Positions 28,890 to 32,000 of a stretch of 32,000 nt of DNA are shown piece after piece. Location of the stretch: assembly GCF_021378375.1 (NCBI RefSeq), contig NZ_CP076228.1, positions 1,110,001 through 1,142,000 of the forward strand. Direction: 5' to 3'. Made by a program: the position numbers and the translations under genes. The DNA comes from Wolbachia endosymbiont of Drosophila innubila. GTDB lineage: Bacteria > Pseudomonadota > Alphaproteobacteria > Rickettsiales > Anaplasmataceae. The notes under the pieces are model-generated. The model saw nothing but the letters and a program-made list of their open reading frames with translations, ran no database searches and was not told the DNA's origin. Each line of letters starts with the position of its first letter. Within the stretch, counting starts at the first letter, position 1.

Positions 28890-30800
28890 GTGCGCCAAGA
28901 AGTGCGTAAGGAACAGTTGGTGAAAATCCAACACGGGTAAAGCTTAGCCGGCAACCTGGAACAAACCATTATGCTGCGTAAGGTAACGAGCGTAGTAAAG
29001 CTAATGGAATGGACAACATAGGGTGCAACGAAAGTGAAGGTATTGAGTCCCGTAATTCACGCGTCATGGGGGCTGACACTTTACATTTGGTGGAAGGCAA
29101 CATGGGTAATAACGCTAAGGCAAGATATTACTCACCTCATCGGGATCGAAGGCCGCGTCATGTGTTGAGATGGACCTTACGTGAACTTGGGAGATCCTTT
29201 GTATTCCTGTAAGGGTACTCTGGAACAAGTCAATAAAGGCGAGGACTGGAGGAAGATGCAAAGGAAGTCGGACTAATTGATAGTACTCGGAGTGTGGGAA
29301 AGCCACATACAAGGGGAAGCGGTTAGCAATATAGTGACTGGTATAGGGATTGCTATACCAATACAACAGAGATTAGAGGAGTATGCAAGGAAAACTAAAC
29401 CAGATAGCAGTAAGGGCTAAGCAAGATAAGCGAGTAAAATTTACATCATTAGTTCATTTGATTAATGAAGAGAATCTTGCAGAGTGTTATAAGGAACTAA
29501 AACGCAACAAGGCTTGTAGTATAGATCGTGTGACAGTGGAAGCTTATGGAGAAAATCTAGAAGAGAAACTTAAAACACTAGTGGATAGTATGAAGAGAAA
29601 ACAATATCAACCGCTACCAGTGAAAAGGGTATACATACCCAAAGCCGGGAGCAAAGAGAAGCGCGGTCTCGGAATACCATCAACGGAAGATAAGTTGGTA
29701 CAGGTAATGCTAAAGAAGATATTAGAAAATATTTATGAAGCAAACTTTATGGACAGCTCGTATGGATTTCGACCAGGAAGAAATTGTCATCAGGCGATAA
29801 ACGCTCTAGATAAAGCAGTTATGCACAAACCAATTAACTATATTGTAGAAGTGGATATCAAGAAGTTCTTTGATAATGTTCAACATAAATGGCTAATGAA
29901 TTGTCTAAGGAACGAATAGCTGACCCAAATTTATTGTGGTTAATAAAACGATTTCTAAAGGCAGGAATAGTCGAAGTTGGATGTTATAAAGCAACCGATC
30001 AAGGCACACCACAAGGTGGTATAGTAAGCCCTGTATTAGCTAATATATACTTACACTATGTGCTGGACTTATGGTTTGAAAAGAAATTTAAGCCAAAAGC
30101 CAGAGGATATTTACAGCTAATAAGGTTTTGCGACGATTTTGTAGTTGGCTGCGAGAGGAAGAAGACGCAAAAGAATTTCTAGAATTACTGAAACAAAGAC
30201 TAAGTAAATTTGGGTTGGAAATAGCTGAAAATAAAACAAAAATAGTAAAGTTTGGTAAGAAAGAATGGTATCAAGCAGAAAGAGAGAAACGTAGGACGGC
30301 TAGCTTCAACTTTCTAGGATTTACACATTATTGTGGAAAAGTCGTAATGGTAAACTTATGATGAAGCAGAAAACTTCAAAAATAAGCCTAGCCAGAAAGA
30401 TTAAAAGAAATCAAAGAATGGTTGAAGATGGTACGAAGTCGTATCTGTTTCAAAGATTGGTGGCAGAAACTTAAAAGCCAAACTAACAGGACACTATAGC
30501 TACTTCGGAGTTAGCGGAAATTATCGGTGTTTGATTCAATTCTATCGACCGGTAACAAAGTTAGCATTTAAGTGGATAAACCGACGTAGTCAAAAGAAAA
30601 GTATGGATTGGGAACAATTTATACACTATTTAAAAGTAAATCCATTACCAAAACCAAAGGTATATGTTTCTTTATACACAGGAGCACTAGTGTGAACGCT
30701 GTATTGTGGAGCCGTGTGCGGGAAATCCGCAAGCACGGTTCTTTTGGGGAGACTATGGTTATGAGACCAAATCGCTGGTTTCAAGGTCATGAGTCTCTAC
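28890..30800 (+). mobile_element. bacterial group II intron (ribozyme plus degraded intron-encoded protein)
   Basis: The 5' end is GTGCG at 28890. About 490 nt of higher-GC structured sequence precede the domain IV ORF. Domain V at 30709-30741 (GAGCCGTGTGCGGGAAATCCGCAAGCACGGTTC) closely matches the canonical DV with a GAAA tetraloop. A DVI-like stem has a candidate bulged A at 30792, and the element ends ..CTAC near 30800. The 3' boundary is good to only a few nt. Confidence 0.8.
29383..30695 (+). pseudogene. group II intron reverse transcriptase/maturase, multiply frameshifted
   Basis: RT blocks are present: VKRVYIPKAGSKEKRGLGIPSTEDKLVQ, YGFRPGRNCHQAI, GTPQGGIVSPVLANIYLH and RFCDDFVV (YADD-box position). 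The maturase/X region reads FLGFTHY...FKWINRRSQKKSMDWEQF. It is split over at least 4 frames, with shifts near 29895-29920, 30150-30180, 30340-30365 and 30400-30600. No En/HNH domain was seen. Confidence 0.8.
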
Positions 30801-30961
30801 CAGACTAAGATAAATCGAAGCATTTTTGTGGAAATAAAGCGAAATATGGAAGACAAAAGATAAATGCATTCTGAAAGGCTACACAGCATGTTCGTCCCGC
30901 TAATTAATAATATCTTTATTATTGTATGAGATAGGTAATTTAGCATTTATGAATTTGTAAT

Positions 30962-31837
30962 GTGTTGCATATAGCTCAAAGAAATAAGGTTTACTGGTTA
31001 CACGCTGCAGCCAATGCCACAACACTAGGACCTATGTTTATCTGCATGTTAATTTGCGTTGTGATTTTATGGAGGTCTTCTGTTACCTATGCTAGTGAAA
31101 ATTTGGAGATACAGAAGGCCTTTGATAGTGTTGTCAAGCATATAAAAGCTGATAAAAAATATAAAGATCTTGATGTTATTGAGAGAAAAAGTGATAAATT
31201 TAACATCAAAATTGCGCAGAATTCTGGCAAGAGTTTTGACATATACTCTACTTTAAAAAAAGCAAAAGATTCCTTTGAATCAGGAGATAATGAAACAGCT
31301 ATTTCTCTCCTTAATCAGATCATTGCAAAGTTTCCTTATCATAAAAATGCTTTAATTGGATTGGGAAATATTTATTACGCTAATAAAGAATACAAAAAAG
31401 CTGTAGAGATTTACACAAGACTGTTAAAAGAACACCCTAGTAACCCTTACATATTAAAAAATTTTCTGACGATAATCTCACAATATAATCCTGATCTGGC
31501 GTTGAGTGAAATGTTAAAATTGTATGATATACATAAAAATTATGCTCCTTTATTAGCAAATTTAGGTATGATCTATATGAAAAAGGAGGATTATGTAAAA
31601 GGTAAAGAGTATATGATAACTGCTATTTCCCTCGATGAAAACAATATTTTTTATACTTATAATTTAGCTGTTATTCTAGATAAACTTTCAGATTTTCAAA
31701 ATGCTACAATATTCTACTTAAAATTGTTGAACATGGCTACAACTTCGAAAGATGTGAGTGAAAAAATACCTTTATACAAAGTGACAGCAAGACTAAAATT
31801 TATAAAACTTCACAGCACGCACTCAAAGATTTCATAA
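30962..31837 (+). CDS. tetratricopeptide (TPR) repeat protein with an N-terminal membrane or signal segment
   Basis: Repeated 34-aa TPR-like units are visible (AISLLNQIIAKFPYHKNALIGLGNIYYANKEYKKAVEIYTRLLKEHPSNP; LANLGMIYMKKEDYVKGKEYMITAISLDENN; YNLAVILDKLSDFQNATIFYLKLL). The N-terminus is hydrophobic, MFICMLICVVILW. The start codon is uncertain (GTG at 30962). Confidence 0.7.
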   Translation: MLHIAQRNKVYWLHAAANATTLGPMFICMLICVVILWRSSVTYASENLEIQKAFDSVVKHIKADKKYKDLDVIERKSDKFNIKIAQNSGKSFDIYSTLKKAKDSFESGDNETAISLLNQIIAKFPYHKNALIGLGNIYYANKEYKKAVEIYTRLLKEHPSNPYILKNFLTIISQYNPDLALSEMLKLYDIHKNYAPLLANLGMIYMKKEDYVKGKEYMITAISLDENNIFYTYNLAVILDKLSDFQNATIFYLKLLNMATTSKDVSEKIPLYKVTARLKFIKLHSTHSKIS

Positions 31838-32000
31838 AAGCTTATAGCTCACCTAAATCTAATTTATCGTATCTGTTCAAGGGAGTGGCTAATGTGCAAA
31901 TATTGAAGCAAAGTGTGTGAAACACAGATGTACGAACATTTGTTTGCAAAGGTAATTTACACAACAAATGCATAACTGTACGAACATTGTGATTTTGGCC

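Noticed and set aside
29009-29366. Two small ORFs (67 aa on the plus strand, 83 aa on the minus strand) upstream of the RT ORF
   Set aside because: They fall within the structured ribozyme domains I-III of the group II intron. The higher GC there lengthens random ORFs, and no motif supports coding.
31929-31988. 12-nt direct repeat tgtacgaacatt (31929 and 31977) flanking an imperfect hairpin catttgtttg..caacaaatg at the window edge
   Set aside because: It could be the end of another repeat or mobile element. It is cut by the window boundary and is too short to interpret.

Overview
This is an AT-rich window with the gene content and repeat landscape of a Rickettsiales endosymbiont, most likely an arthropod Wolbachia. 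That assignment is inferred from gene set, palindromic repeats, a group II intron and an IS, not from any database search. Housekeeping genes dominate: an AI-2E transporter, an Hda-like AAA+ protein, xerD, plsC, rpsT, gltA, pccB, fpg/mutM, pdxH, rluD, dgkA, pgk, cytochrome b561 and a FabK-like flavoprotein. Two tRNAs are present, Thr-GGU and initiator Met. Between these lie decayed or mobile DNA: a full-length but inactivated IS4-family element with 25-bp inverted repeats, a group II intron with intact ribozyme hallmarks but a multiply frameshifted RT/maturase, short palindromic repeats at three loci (one in frame inside comEC), a frameshifted comEC, and a three-piece EndoU-like RNase gene. 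The most interesting locus is 21.8-28.8 kb, a co-directional block separate from any canonical virB3-virB4-virB6 cluster. It encodes a Ser-rich protein with a C-terminal bilobed hydrophobic anchor, a VirB2-like small membrane protein, and a divergent VirB4 paralogue with a Lys->Arg Walker A. The last gene, a 960-aa cysteine-rich secreted protein with a C-terminal glycine-rich domain, overlaps the end of the virB4 paralogue. A second membrane plus coiled-coil orphan protein lies at 14.2-15.9 kb. All functional calls rest on motif recognition by eye, and no searches were run.
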